Of a stretch of DNA of 64,000 nucleotides, positions 18,918 through 28,337 are shown in pieces (within the stretch, counting starts at the first letter, position 1; the number at the start of each line of letters is the position of its first letter). The notes beneath the pieces were generated by a model. It saw nothing but the letters and a program-made list of their open reading frames with translations, had not been told where the DNA came from and did not search any database. The stretch is taken from positions 4,128,001 to 4,192,000 of the forward strand of contig OY762897.2 in NCBI GenBank assembly GCA_963666515.2, written 5' to 3'. The position numbers were made by a program, and so were the translations under genes. The DNA is from Candidatus Binatia bacterium (GTDB lineage Bacteria > Desulfobacterota > Binatia > UBA9968 > JAJDTQ01).

Positions 18918-20174
18918 TTAGTGTCCTGTCCCGCGTGATTCTTTATCGATCTGCTGGTCAGACTTCCCCTCGTCCCCCTCCGAGCCGCGCTCGGCCCATC
19001 TCATCGCTACGAAGGCTCCCGCTCCGAAGACCGCGAAAGCGGCAATCTGGGCATACATCGTGCCGTCGAAAATCTGGCCCACGAACGCTCCGAACGGCAC
19101 CGCGACGAAGGTGGGGAGCGAAGCGACCACCGCCGCTCCCACGCCGGCGATGTGGCCCAGCGGCTCCATGGCGAGGGCGTTGAGGTTGCCGAAGAGGAGT
19201 CCGAAGCAGACGAACATGACGAGCAGGTAGGCCATGAACAGCCACAGCGGGGGAAGCCCGTCGAAGGCGGAGGCCGGCGCCCACGCAACCACGGAGACCA
19301 GCGTGATGGACAACGCCGCCGCCCTCGTGATCCGGCGCATCCCATACCTCAGCACGAGGCGGGCGTTCATGAGCGAAGCGCCTCCGATGGCCAGCGCCAG
19401 CGCGCCGAAATAGACCGGAAAGAGGGCGCCGACCCGGTAGGCTTCCTGGAAGATCTGCTGGACGGTGCTCAGGTAGGCGATGAACGGCGCGAAGGCGCAG
19501 GCGGTGGCGAGGATATACCCGCGCGCAGCCCGAATCCTCAGGACTTCCAGGACGGCCGCGCCGACGGTCCGCGGTGAGAGGGATCGCCGGCGGGCGGCGG
19601 GCAGGGTTTCCGGCTGCCGGAGCGCAAGCCAGATGAATCCGATGGCGGCTACGGCGAAGAACGTGACGAATATCGCCCGCCAGCCTGCCAGCCACTGGAG
19701 GCCCTGTCCGAGGGCCGGAGCGACGGTGGGAACGAGGATGAACACGGCAATGGCGAACGACATGAGGCGGGCCATTTGCCGTCCCTCGTACTGATCGCGC
19801 ACCAGGGCAATGATCACGATGCGCGGCCCCGCCGCTCCGAAGCCCTGCACGATGCGGCTCGCGATCATCACCTCGAAGACGGGAGCGAAGACGCTCATGA
19901 GACAACCCGCCATGTACAGGCCCAGGCCGGCATGGATGGCGGGTTTGCGTCCAAAACGGTCGGAGAGCGGGCCGAAAACGATCTGACCGAGGGCGAGCCC
20001 CATGAGCATCGCCGTGATGACGAACTGGACATCGTTCCGGCGCGGCGCACCGAGGTCGTGGCCGATGGCGGGCAACGCCGGCAGCATCGCGTCGGTCGAC
20101 AGCGCAGGGAGCGACATCAACAGGGCGACGAGGGCCAGGAATTCGCCGGGGCGAAGCGCGGTCGTGCGACTCAA
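18918..20174 (-). CDS. Bcr/CflA family MFS efflux transporter
   Basis: DAMLPALP, GPLSDRFGRKP, VRDQY.GRQMARLMS, about 12 transmembrane segments. Confidence 0.88.
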   Translation of the reverse strand: MSRTTALRPGEFLALVALLMSLPALSTDAMLPALPAIGHDLGAPRRNDVQFVITAMLMGLALGQIVFGPLSDRFGRKPAIHAGLGLYMAGCLMSVFAPVFEVMIASRIVQGFGAAGPRIVIIALVRDQYEGRQMARLMSFAIAVFILVPTVAPALGQGLQWLAGWRAIFVTFFAVAAIGFIWLALRQPETLPAARRRSLSPRTVGAAVLEVLRIRAARGYILATACAFAPFIAYLSTVQQIFQEAYRVGALFPVYFGALALAIGGASLMNARLVLRYGMRRITRAAALSITLVSVVAWAPASAFDGLPPLWLFMAYLLVMFVCFGLLFGNLNALAMEPLGHIAGVGAAVVASLPTFVAVPFGAFVGQIFDGTMYAQIAAFAVFGAGAFVAMRWAERGSEGDEGKSDQQIDKESRGTGH

Positions 20175-20199
20175 TCTTCCTCCCCGGGCGTCACGAACG

Positions 20200-21183
20200 C
20201 TACTCCTTCCCCAGGAACCACGTCGCCAGGTTGTTGAAGTCCTCCGGCTGATCCAGCCATATGAAGTGGCTGGCCTTGTCGAAGATGTGCATCTGGGCGT
20301 TGGGGATGCTCTTGTAGAGATCGTAGCCGGGGTCGATGCCCTTGTTGGAGTTGCGCCCCCACATGACCAGGGTCGGCACGCTGATCTTGTGCACGTGGTC
20401 GCGGATGTGGGCGCCGTCGAAGTAGTACATCTCGCTGGCGCCCTGCATGCCGTTCTTCTCCCAGTACTCCTTGCCCTTGTGCTTCATGTAGAGGTCGTTC
20501 CAGCGGGCCGACAGCTCCATCAGGTGGTCCAGGTACTCCTCGGTGACCATGTCCTTGTTGTAGACGAAGGCGCCCACGTACTTGCGGAGACCTTCCCGTG
20601 TGTTGGTGAGCCCTTCCTTGGGCATCATGGTGCCGGGCTCGAACACGTCCTTGAAGTAGGGAAGGTCGCCGCTGCCGTCCACCTCCACCTGCTGGCCGTC
20701 CACCTCGATGACCTGCCGTCCCTCGCCCGGCTTGCGGATGCCCGACCCCGCGGTGCTGCCGCTGTCGACGAGGATGAGCTTCTTCACCAGGTCCGGCCGC
20801 TTGATGGTGATGTAGGTGACGATCCAGCCGCCCTGGGACTGGCCGATGAGGTTCACCGGCGTCAGGTCCAGGGCCTCGATGAAGCTGATGACGTGCTCGG
20901 CTCGCACGCGCACGTGGCCCAGGTCATCCAGGTTGCGCGGCGGGTCGGTCTGACCGTGCCCCAGTTCGTCGATGGCGTAGACGTGGAGGTGCTTCCCCAG
21001 CGGCACGATGTTCGGGTACCAGCGGTAGTTGCCCATGCCGATCTCGTTGGCGCCGCCGTGGCACATCACCACGCGCTCCGGGTTCGACTCCCCGGCCTCG
21101 ATGTAGTGGGTCCTGTAGCCGTCCGCGGTGACGAAGCGGCTGTTCCACTGGTCCGGGCTGTTGAAGATGGTTTCCCGTTCCAT
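20200..21183 (-). CDS. Alpha/beta-hydrolase, paralog 3
   Basis: HGG, GQSQGG, DSGSTAG, WGRNSNKG, DKASHF. Confidence 0.9.
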   Translation of the reverse strand: MERETIFNSPDQWNSRFVTADGYRTHYIEAGESNPERVVMCHGGANEIGMGNYRWYPNIVPLGKHLHVYAIDELGHGQTDPPRNLDDLGHVRVRAEHVISFIEALDLTPVNLIGQSQGGWIVTYITIKRPDLVKKLILVDSGSTAGSGIRKPGEGRQVIEVDGQQVEVDGSGDLPYFKDVFEPGTMMPKEGLTNTREGLRKYVGAFVYNKDMVTEEYLDHLMELSARWNDLYMKHKGKEYWEKNGMQGASEMYYFDGAHIRDHVHKISVPTLVMWGRNSNKGIDPGYDLYKSIPNAQMHIFDKASHFIWLDQPEDFNNLATWFLGKE

Positions 21184-21186
21184 TGA

Positions 21187-22170
21187 CTAATCCTCCTTGG
21201 TGACGAACCAGAGCACCAGGTCGTTGAAGTCCTGAACCTGGTCCCACCAGCAGAAGTGGCTGGCCTTGTCCAGGATGTGCATCTGCGCGTTGGGCATGCG
21301 CTTGTAAAGCTCGTATTGCGGGTCGATGCCCTTGACCGAGTTCTTGCCGGCGATGAACAGTGTCGGGTTCTTGATCCGGTGGACGTGGTCGCGGATGTGC
21401 TTGTCCTCGAAGAAGTACATGCTGTGGTGCCCCTTGACGTCGGTGTCCTTCCAGAACTTCCTGCCCCGGTGCTCCAGGTAGTAGGCCGTCCAGCGCTTGG
21501 AGAGCCCATCGAGGTAGTCCACGTACTCGTCGGTGACCATGGAGTGGTCGTAGGCGAAGGTTTCCGTGTACATGCGGATACCCTCGCGGGTGTCCAGCAG
21601 CCCTTCCTTGGGCAGCATGGTGCCGGGCTCGAAGATCTTCTTGAAGTAGGGAAGCTCGCCGCCTCCCGTCGAGATATTCTCTCCGTCTATTTCCTGAACG
21701 TCGCCGACGTCGTTGGCGGCGCCGGTCTTGAGGCCCGATCCCGCGGTGCTGCCGCTGTCCACGAGCACGAGCTTCTTCACCAGTTCCGGCCGGGTGATGG
21801 TGATGTAGGTGACGATCCAGCCGCCCTGGGACTGTCCGCACAGGTTGAGGGGCGCCAGTCCCTTCTCCTCGATGAAGCGGATGACGTGCTCGGCGCGCAC
21901 GCGCACGTGGCCCAGGTCGGCGATGTCGCGGGGCGGGTCGGTGTAGCCGTGGCCCAACTCGTCGACGGCGAACACGTGGAGCTTCTCCGCCAGCGGGAGC
22001 ACCGTGGGCCACCAGCGGTAGAGGCCCGCGCCCAGCGCCGCGCTGCCGCCGTGCACCAGCAGCAGCCGGTCGTTGGCCGGGTCGCCGGCCTCGATGAAAT
22101 GGGTCTTGTAGCCGTCGATGGTCTCGTCGTGCTTCCTGTACTTGTCGGGGCTGTTGAACAACGTCTCCAC
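21187..22170 (-). CDS. Alpha/beta-hydrolase, paralog 4
   Basis: HGG, GQSQGG, DSGSTAG, AGKNSVKG, DKASHF. Confidence 0.9.
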   Translation of the reverse strand: METLFNSPDKYRKHDETIDGYKTHFIEAGDPANDRLLLVHGGSAALGAGLYRWWPTVLPLAEKLHVFAVDELGHGYTDPPRDIADLGHVRVRAEHVIRFIEEKGLAPLNLCGQSQGGWIVTYITITRPELVKKLVLVDSGSTAGSGLKTGAANDVGDVQEIDGENISTGGGELPYFKKIFEPGTMLPKEGLLDTREGIRMYTETFAYDHSMVTDEYVDYLDGLSKRWTAYYLEHRGRKFWKDTDVKGHHSMYFFEDKHIRDHVHRIKNPTLFIAGKNSVKGIDPQYELYKRMPNAQMHILDKASHFCWWDQVQDFNDLVLWFVTKED

Positions 22171-22183
22171 TGGGTTGCCTCCT

Positions 22184-23158
22184 CTATTCCTTCTCGATGA
22201 ACCACTCCACCAGCGCGTTGAAATCCCGCCACTGGTCCAGCCACAGGAAGTGGTTGGCCTTGTCGAGGATGTGCATCTGGGCGTTGGGGAACATCTTGTA
22301 GAGCAGGTACCCCATGTCGAGCCCCTTGTTGGAGTTCTTGCCCCACACCACCAGCGTCGGCGTCTGGATCTTGTGCACGTGCTCGCGGATGTGCTTGCCG
22401 TCGATCTCCAGTTGCCGGCGCTGGCCGGCCAGGGTCTGCTTGGCCCAGTACTTCTCGCCCCGGTGTTCGTCGTAGAGCCGGCTCCACCGGCCCGACAGCT
22501 CCATCAGGTGGTCGAGGAACTCCTCGCTGACCATGGACTTGTCGTAGAAGAACGCGCTGGCGTACTGGCGCACGCCTTCCCGGGTGTCGGTCAGCCCCTT
22601 CTTCGGGCGCATGGTGCCGGGCTCGAACAGCACCTTCTGGTAGGGCAGCTCCTGGGTGTCGCCGGATATCGCGACGCCGTCCACGTCGGTGGTGGTGGTC
22701 TGCAATGACGGCACCTCCGCGGGCCGTCCCGCGGTGCTGCCGCTGTCGATGAGGATCAGCTTCCGGACCAGATCGGGCCGCAGGAGGGTGATGTAGGTGA
22801 CGATCCAGCCGCCCTGCGACTGGCCGGCAATGTTGACGGGGCCGAGTCCCAAGGTCTCGATGAAGTTCAGCACGTGGTCCGCCCGTACCCGGATGTGGCT
22901 CAACTCGTCGAGGTTCCGGGGCGGGTCGGTGTAGCCGCTCCCCAGCTCGTCGATGGCGAACACGTGGAACTTCTTCGCCAAGGGGATGATGTTGGCGTAC
23001 CACCGGTAGCAGCCCATGCCCACTTCGATGGCGCCGCCGTGCACCAGCACCAGCTTCTGAGGGTTCCCTTCACCCGCCTCTATGTAGTGGGTCTTGTAGC
23101 CGTCCACCGTGGCGAACTGGCTCTTGAACTTGTCCGGGCTGTTGAACAGGGTCTCCAT
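22184..23158 (-). CDS. Alpha/beta-hydrolase, paralog 5
   Basis: Start set at METLFNSPDK by comparison with the paralogs, with GAGG SD; GQSQGG, WGKNSNKG, DKANHF. Confidence 0.9.
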   Translation of the reverse strand: METLFNSPDKFKSQFATVDGYKTHYIEAGEGNPQKLVLVHGGAIEVGMGCYRWYANIIPLAKKFHVFAIDELGSGYTDPPRNLDELSHIRVRADHVLNFIETLGLGPVNIAGQSQGGWIVTYITLLRPDLVRKLILIDSGSTAGRPAEVPSLQTTTTDVDGVAISGDTQELPYQKVLFEPGTMRPKKGLTDTREGVRQYASAFFYDKSMVSEEFLDHLMELSGRWSRLYDEHRGEKYWAKQTLAGQRRQLEIDGKHIREHVHKIQTPTLVVWGKNSNKGLDMGYLLYKMFPNAQMHILDKANHFLWLDQWRDFNALVEWFIEKE

Positions 23159-23450
23159 GGGGATGCCTCCTCGGGTGAGTTGCATCCCCATGCATATTAC
23201 CATCCGGCGGTCCGAGGCAACCGGTTCGGGAGGGAAGCGGCGGAGGATCGTGGAAACCACTCAGTTCCGCCATCTCCTGCCTGATGGCCGCCAAGTCTTG
23301 CTTGGTAGCGCACACGCCGGCCATATGAATATATGTCGGCTTCAGGCGCGGAAACTTTAGCCCGCTTGCTCCCTGTCCCTTGCGGGTCATGGGAAATACA
23401 TGGCCTATTGGGATCTGGAATAGCGTTGCGCGCGCTTCCGCAGGGACTCC

Positions 23451-24632
23451 ATGAACGTCGAGAAAAGGTGTGCACGCGCGGCCGGACTTCTGGCCGGGCT
23501 GTTGCTGGTCTGCGCCTGTGCCGGCGTTGCCGCGGCCGACCGGAACTTCTCGCAGTATCCGGGCTTCGCCGAGTACTTCGCCGCCAACCCCCCGGCGGGA
23601 GCGGCCGGGCCGGCCGACCAGGCGCTGGCACGGCGCCACGCGCCGCGCTTCCATCTACCTGCCGGCCACGAGGGGCCCATCGACTTCTACCGCGACTACA
23701 TCGCCCACGGTCACCTCGTGACCGGGGACGGCCGCCGCATCGACGGCCCCACCCCGGTGGACCTGAACCGCTACCGCGACGATGTCCGGGCCGAGTTCAC
23801 CCACGTGCCGGGGACCGCCGCGCCGCGACCCGTGGTCTACGCCGCGGTGGAACGCACCGGCCTGTGGGCGCCGCGGATGCCGGGCCGGACGGCCGAGGAG
23901 TTCACGGTGGTCACCTACCACCTGGTGTTCCGGGTGAGCGGCCTGCCGGCGGCGTTGCCCTTGTACCAGGCCCTTCCGCTCCGGCTGGTGGCGGACCTGG
24001 ACGACTGGCACCAGCTCGACCACTACACCGCCGCGTTCGTCGTGCTGGACGAGGCCGGGCGTCCGGTGGCGCTGACCCTGCAGCAGCACAACTACCTGCG
24101 CACCTACCTGGTGGGGGAGTCGGTGGAGCCGGGACCCGACGTGCGGTTCGACATCGACGTCGCCATCCGTTCCAACGAGCTTTATCCGCACGTGCCGGGG
24201 CGGACGGTGCGGCGCGCGGTCCGGTTCCTGGACTCCGACGCCAGGGCCTTCATGATGGGGTTCGGCAAGCGGCCGATGATGTCCGCGGACGACGTCACCG
24301 ACCCGGACCACGCCTTCGACTACCGGCTCGCGTTCCTGCCCGGCTCCGATGCCTTCTATTCCTTCCACGGCTTCCTTGGCGAGCGTCGCCGCTTGCCCGG
24401 CCGCGACGGCCCGCCCGGCGCGCGTTACAACACCTTGCCCGGCCTCAAGCCGTTGCCCGCGCAGGTTCTGGACGGCTACTGGCGCGACGGCAACGAAGGC
24501 GACTGGGCGCGGTACCGGCGCAGCCGCGAGAATGGCTCCGGCCCCGCCGGCTTCGCCCGCGCCCAGGCCGCGGTGTTCCATCACAACCTCGACTGCATGC
24601 GCCGCGGCCGCACGGGGTGCGCGCTGGAGTAG
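23451..24632 (+). CDS. Hypothetical secreted protein
   Basis: 393-aa ORF with native codon usage and an N-terminal signal peptide; no family recognised. Confidence 0.7.
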   Translation: MNVEKRCARAAGLLAGLLLVCACAGVAAADRNFSQYPGFAEYFAANPPAGAAGPADQALARRHAPRFHLPAGHEGPIDFYRDYIAHGHLVTGDGRRIDGPTPVDLNRYRDDVRAEFTHVPGTAAPRPVVYAAVERTGLWAPRMPGRTAEEFTVVTYHLVFRVSGLPAALPLYQALPLRLVADLDDWHQLDHYTAAFVVLDEAGRPVALTLQQHNYLRTYLVGESVEPGPDVRFDIDVAIRSNELYPHVPGRTVRRAVRFLDSDARAFMMGFGKRPMMSADDVTDPDHAFDYRLAFLPGSDAFYSFHGFLGERRRLPGRDGPPGARYNTLPGLKPLPAQVLDGYWRDGNEGDWARYRRSRENGSGPAGFARAQAAVFHHNLDCMRRGRTGCALE

Positions 24633-24759
24633 CGTCGACGGTATTCGTTGCGTCGCTTGATGCTGAACAGTTCCGCTGACAACCCGTGACGCGCCGCTCT
24701 GGTGGTTGAAGCAATGTAAGTATTGTGCCAGCATAATGCTGGCAGTAAGGAGGAAGGAC

Positions 24760-24996
24760 ATGGGCAATCTGACCATCCGCAACCTTGACGACCGGATCAT
24801 CGAGCAGCTCAAGTTGCAGGCGAAAGCCAACCAGCGGTCGCTTGAAGGGGAACTCCGGCACCTTCTGACACAAATGGTGGAAAGGTACCGAGGCATCGCG
24901 GACTTCCGAGACCGCACGGGAAAGCTCGTCTCCCAGGCAACTGGCATCCCGCAGACGGATAGCGTCGAGTTGTTGCGCGAGGATCGTGATCGGTGA
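24760..24996 (+). CDS. FitA/Arc-like RHH antitoxin
   Basis: MGNLTIRNLDD...LKLQAKANQRSLEGELR and C-terminal DSVELLREDRDR; strong AGGAGG/AAGGA SD. Confidence 0.85.
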   Translation: MGNLTIRNLDDRIIEQLKLQAKANQRSLEGELRHLLTQMVERYRGIADFRDRTGKLVSQATGIPQTDSVELLREDRDR

Positions 24997-25814
24997 AGCT
25001 GACGGTCGATGCCAGCGTCGTCGTCAAGTGGTTTGTGCCCGAGCAGGCGCACCGTGAGGCGCGGCTGTTGCTTGCCCCTCGTTTCCAGTTGTATGCCCCG
25101 GCCCTCGTGCTCGTTGAATTCGCCAACACGATCTGGAAGAAGGCGGCCAGAGGCGAGGTTGCCGATTCACAGTCGTACTTCGAAGAACTTGCGAGTTTGT
25201 CCCGTATCCTTGTCCTCCATGACGATGCCGGTCTCCTTGGCCGCGCTACGGAGATCGCCATCGATCTCGGCCATCCAATTTATGACTGTCTCTACTTGGC
25301 ATGCGCCGAGGTTACCGGCTCCGACTTGATCACTGCCGACAGACGATTCGCGGTGAAGGCGGCGCGCCGGTTCTCTCAAACCCGTGTTCGCTACATCGGA
25401 ACGCCACGTGTCGCGCGCTGGATCAAAGCGACGAGGACTGCGCTGTTCATCAAGCGGACAAGGATGGATGAGTTGATCGCCGCCCAGGAGAGGTTCTCTG
25501 CAACGGAGAAGTCCGTGCTGGAAGACTATTTCGCGCAACATAGTGGAGGGTTGCGTGTTCTGCCGGGTAAAGCCATGGACTTGTTTCTGGAGAGTCCCTC
25601 TTTCCGACGTCTGGTCAAGCTCGTAGAAGCACTGAGTGACGAAGAACGCATCGACCTCCTTGCTCTCGGATGGTTCGGGGCCGGATTGTACCCTACTTGG
25701 CAGCGGAGCCTGGAAGCCGCCGAGGCTGCCTTTGCGCGTACGACTGTGGAGTATGTGGTCGGCTATAGCCGTCATTGGCAGACGGGGCACAATCGTGTGA
25801 CGGGTGGATCGTGA
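24993..25814 (+). CDS. vapC: VapC PIN toxin with a C-terminal extension (DUF3775-like)
   Basis: VDASVVVKW, EFAN, IYDCLYLA, LITADRRF PIN motifs, followed by about 130 extra residues including LSDEERIDLLALGWFG. GTGA overlap with the antitoxin. Confidence 0.8.
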   Translation: MKLTVDASVVVKWFVPEQAHREARLLLAPRFQLYAPALVLVEFANTIWKKAARGEVADSQSYFEELASLSRILVLHDDAGLLGRATEIAIDLGHPIYDCLYLACAEVTGSDLITADRRFAVKAARRFSQTRVRYIGTPRVARWIKATRTALFIKRTRMDELIAAQERFSATEKSVLEDYFAQHSGGLRVLPGKAMDLFLESPSFRRLVKLVEALSDEERIDLLALGWFGAGLYPTWQRSLEAAEAAFARTTVEYVVGYSRHWQTGHNRVTGGS

Positions 25815-25988
25815 CGAGGCAAGGCTCGATCAAGCCGCTGCAAGGCCCTTGACTATCGGGTCGTACACCAATTGGCGCCCTGGCGTCCTGCTATTGCCGG
25901 GGCAAAACGCAAGGAATGGAAATTTACTTGAAGCCCCGTTTAGCTATATTGGTCGGCGTCCCGTAGCGGGAAGGATGGGAGACGGACG

Positions 25989-27437
25989 ATGGCGAGTTAC
26001 GACTACGATCTGGTTTGCATCGGCAGCGGCCCCGCGGGGCAGCGCGCCGCGGTCCAGGCGGCGAAGGTGGGGAAGCGGGTGGCGTTGGTGGAAAAGCAGC
26101 GCTTCGTCGGCGGCGTCTGCGTCGACAACGGCACCATCCCTTCCAAGACGTTTCGCGAGGCGGTCCGCAGGGTCTACTCCAGGCCCGGGCTGGAGATGAT
26201 GGACCCGTTCTCCAGCAGCGGCAGGACCCGGCCCACCATGCAGCAGTTGGTCGGGCACGTGCACCGGGTGATCCAGCGGGAGATCGCGGTGGTGGACGAC
26301 GCTCTCACGCGGAACGACGTCAAGATCCTCCACGCGCACGGGGCGTTCGTGGACGCTCACACGGTCCGGTTGGAGGCGGATGGAGAGCGGCGGGTCGTCA
26401 CCACGGACAAGGTCCTGATCGCGGTGGGCACCCAGCCGGGAGAGCCCCGCGGGATGAAGCCGGACGGGCGCACGGTGATCACGTCGGACGACATCCTCGA
26501 CATCGACGAACTGCCGCAAACCATGGCGGTGGTGGGCGCCGGCGTCATCGGCATCGAGTACGCCTCCATGTTCGCGGCCCTGGGAGTGCGGGTCACGGTC
26601 ATCGACGCGCGCGAGCGGCCGCTGGAGTTCATGGACTACGAGATCGTCGACGAGTTGATGCATCAGCTCCGCAAGGCCGACGTGACGTTCCGCTGCGGCG
26701 ACGCGGTAGACGAAGTGGAGATCGTCGAGACGCCGAAGCGCCAGGGGTTGCTGAAGCTCCACTCCGGCAAGTTCCTGGTGGCCGACGTGATCCTCGTCTC
26801 CGCCGGCCGGCAGGGTGCGTCGGCCGGGCTGAACCTGGAAGCGGTGGGACTGGAGGCCGACGAACGCGGCCGCCTGCAGGTGGACGAGAACTTCCGCACG
26901 CCGGTGGAGAACATATGGGCGGCCGGCGACCTCATCGGGTTCCCCGCCCTGGCGGCCATGTCGTCGGAGCAGGGCAGGGTGGCGGCCTGCCGGATGTTCG
27001 GCGTGGATGCGGAACCCATCGGCCACCACTACCCCATCGGCATCTACGCCATCCCCGAGCTGTCCTCGGTGGGGGCCACGGAAGAAGAGCTGACGAGCCG
27101 GAAGGTCCCCTACGAAACCGGGGTGGCGCGTTACAAGGAGATCTCCCGCGGGATCATCCTCGGCGACGACTCGGGCATGTTCAAGATGCTGTTCCATCGC
27201 GACGACGGCCGCCTCCTGGGCTGCCACTGCATCGGCAGCGGCGCCACCGAGTTGATCCACGTGGGGCAGGCGGTGCTGGGATTGGGCGGAGGCCTCGACT
27301 ATTTCCTCAAGACCGTGTTCAACTATCCGACGCTGGCCGAATGCTATAAGACCGCGGCCTTTCACGCCGCCAACAAGCTCGCCCTCATCAGCCACGCCAA
27401 GACCTTCATCGACGGCAACACGGCCGCGCCCGACTGA
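25989..27437 (+). CDS. sthA: Soluble Si-specific NAD(P)+ transhydrogenase
   Basis: IGSGPAGQRAA, GGVCVDNGTIPSK (single Cys), GAGVIGIEY, AGDLIGFPALAA..EQGR, GIYAIPE, VFNYPTLAECY. Confidence 0.9.
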   Translation: MASYDYDLVCIGSGPAGQRAAVQAAKVGKRVALVEKQRFVGGVCVDNGTIPSKTFREAVRRVYSRPGLEMMDPFSSSGRTRPTMQQLVGHVHRVIQREIAVVDDALTRNDVKILHAHGAFVDAHTVRLEADGERRVVTTDKVLIAVGTQPGEPRGMKPDGRTVITSDDILDIDELPQTMAVVGAGVIGIEYASMFAALGVRVTVIDARERPLEFMDYEIVDELMHQLRKADVTFRCGDAVDEVEIVETPKRQGLLKLHSGKFLVADVILVSAGRQGASAGLNLEAVGLEADERGRLQVDENFRTPVENIWAAGDLIGFPALAAMSSEQGRVAACRMFGVDAEPIGHHYPIGIYAIPELSSVGATEEELTSRKVPYETGVARYKEISRGIILGDDSGMFKMLFHRDDGRLLGCHCIGSGATELIHVGQAVLGLGGGLDYFLKTVFNYPTLAECYKTAAFHAANKLALISHAKTFIDGNTAAPD

Positions 27438-27568
27438 TTCGCATCGAGCGGACGGGACCGCGGCAACGCCCGGCGCCGCGTCCGGGTGCGTTCGTCCGGT
27501 TCGTTGCGTAACAGAACGTCAACGAACATTTCCCCCTTCCGACGCGATACGATTACGGGTGTACCCGG

Positions 27569-28321
27569 TCAGTCCGCCGAATCGAGGCGGGCGTTGAGGA
27601 TGTCGCCGTGGAGGTCCACGGCCGTGAGGCCGCAGTAGTCGAGGCTGTAGCCGGTACGCACCTCGATGCCGCCCTCCAGCAGGCGCTGCAGCACCAGGCG
27701 CCGGAAGCTGCCATGCCCCATGACGCCGCCCTCGTGCTCCTTCAGGTCGGCTTCCTCGTGGGTGGAGAAGTAGATGGCCTGCTCCGCGGTGAGGCCGTAG
27801 TGGGTGGTGAGGGCCTTGAAGCAGTCCGCGGACCAGTAACCGGTCTGCTCCTCGGTGGCCCCGCCAGCGTAGAACTCGGCCACGGTTCCCTCCCACAGGA
27901 TCGTCCGCTTGAAGTCGATCTTGGCCCGGAACTCGGCCAGCATGGGCTCCAGGTACACCTCGTCCTCGTCGATTCCGAGTGCCTTGGCGGTCTCCAGCAC
28001 CACGTGGATGTGTCCCGGCGGCTCGGGATGAAGCAGCTCGTCCGCTAGCTTGCGGGCCATGGGCGCCATGAGGTCGCGGTTCTGGCGGAAAAAGGCGATG
28101 TGCTTGTGGTAGGACGCCGCCTCCAGCGTGTTGATCTCGATGGTGTAGGACGCCCAGTTCCTGAAGAACGTTCGCAGCGCGGCGCGCGGCAGGCTTCCTT
28201 CCATGAGCTGGGTCATGAAGGGCGAGCCGGTCACCCGCTCGCGCCAGCGTTGCGCCACCATGCGGTAGTGTTCGTCGACGCGGGCCTTGGCCTCGGCGGG
28301 CTTCATGGCGGGGATGATCAT
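27569..28321 (-). CDS. Heme-oxygenase-like diiron protein (CADD/TenA/PqqC fold)
   Basis: PFMTQLMEGSL, ADE...PGH, TEEQ and YFSTHEEAD...H match the CADD-type E/H/E/H/D/H ligand pattern. Confidence 0.7.
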   Translation of the reverse strand: MIIPAMKPAEAKARVDEHYRMVAQRWRERVTGSPFMTQLMEGSLPRAALRTFFRNWASYTIEINTLEAASYHKHIAFFRQNRDLMAPMARKLADELLHPEPPGHIHVVLETAKALGIDEDEVYLEPMLAEFRAKIDFKRTILWEGTVAEFYAGGATEEQTGYWSADCFKALTTHYGLTAEQAIYFSTHEEADLKEHEGGVMGHGSFRRLVLQRLLEGGIEVRTGYSLDYCGLTAVDLHGDILNARLDSAD

Positions 28322-28337
28322 GCGCGTTCCAGTCCTT

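Noticed and set aside
23285-23301. Sigma54 promoter (TGGC...TTGC)
   Set aside because: The GG to GC spacing is 2 nt longer than the strict -24/-12 requirement.
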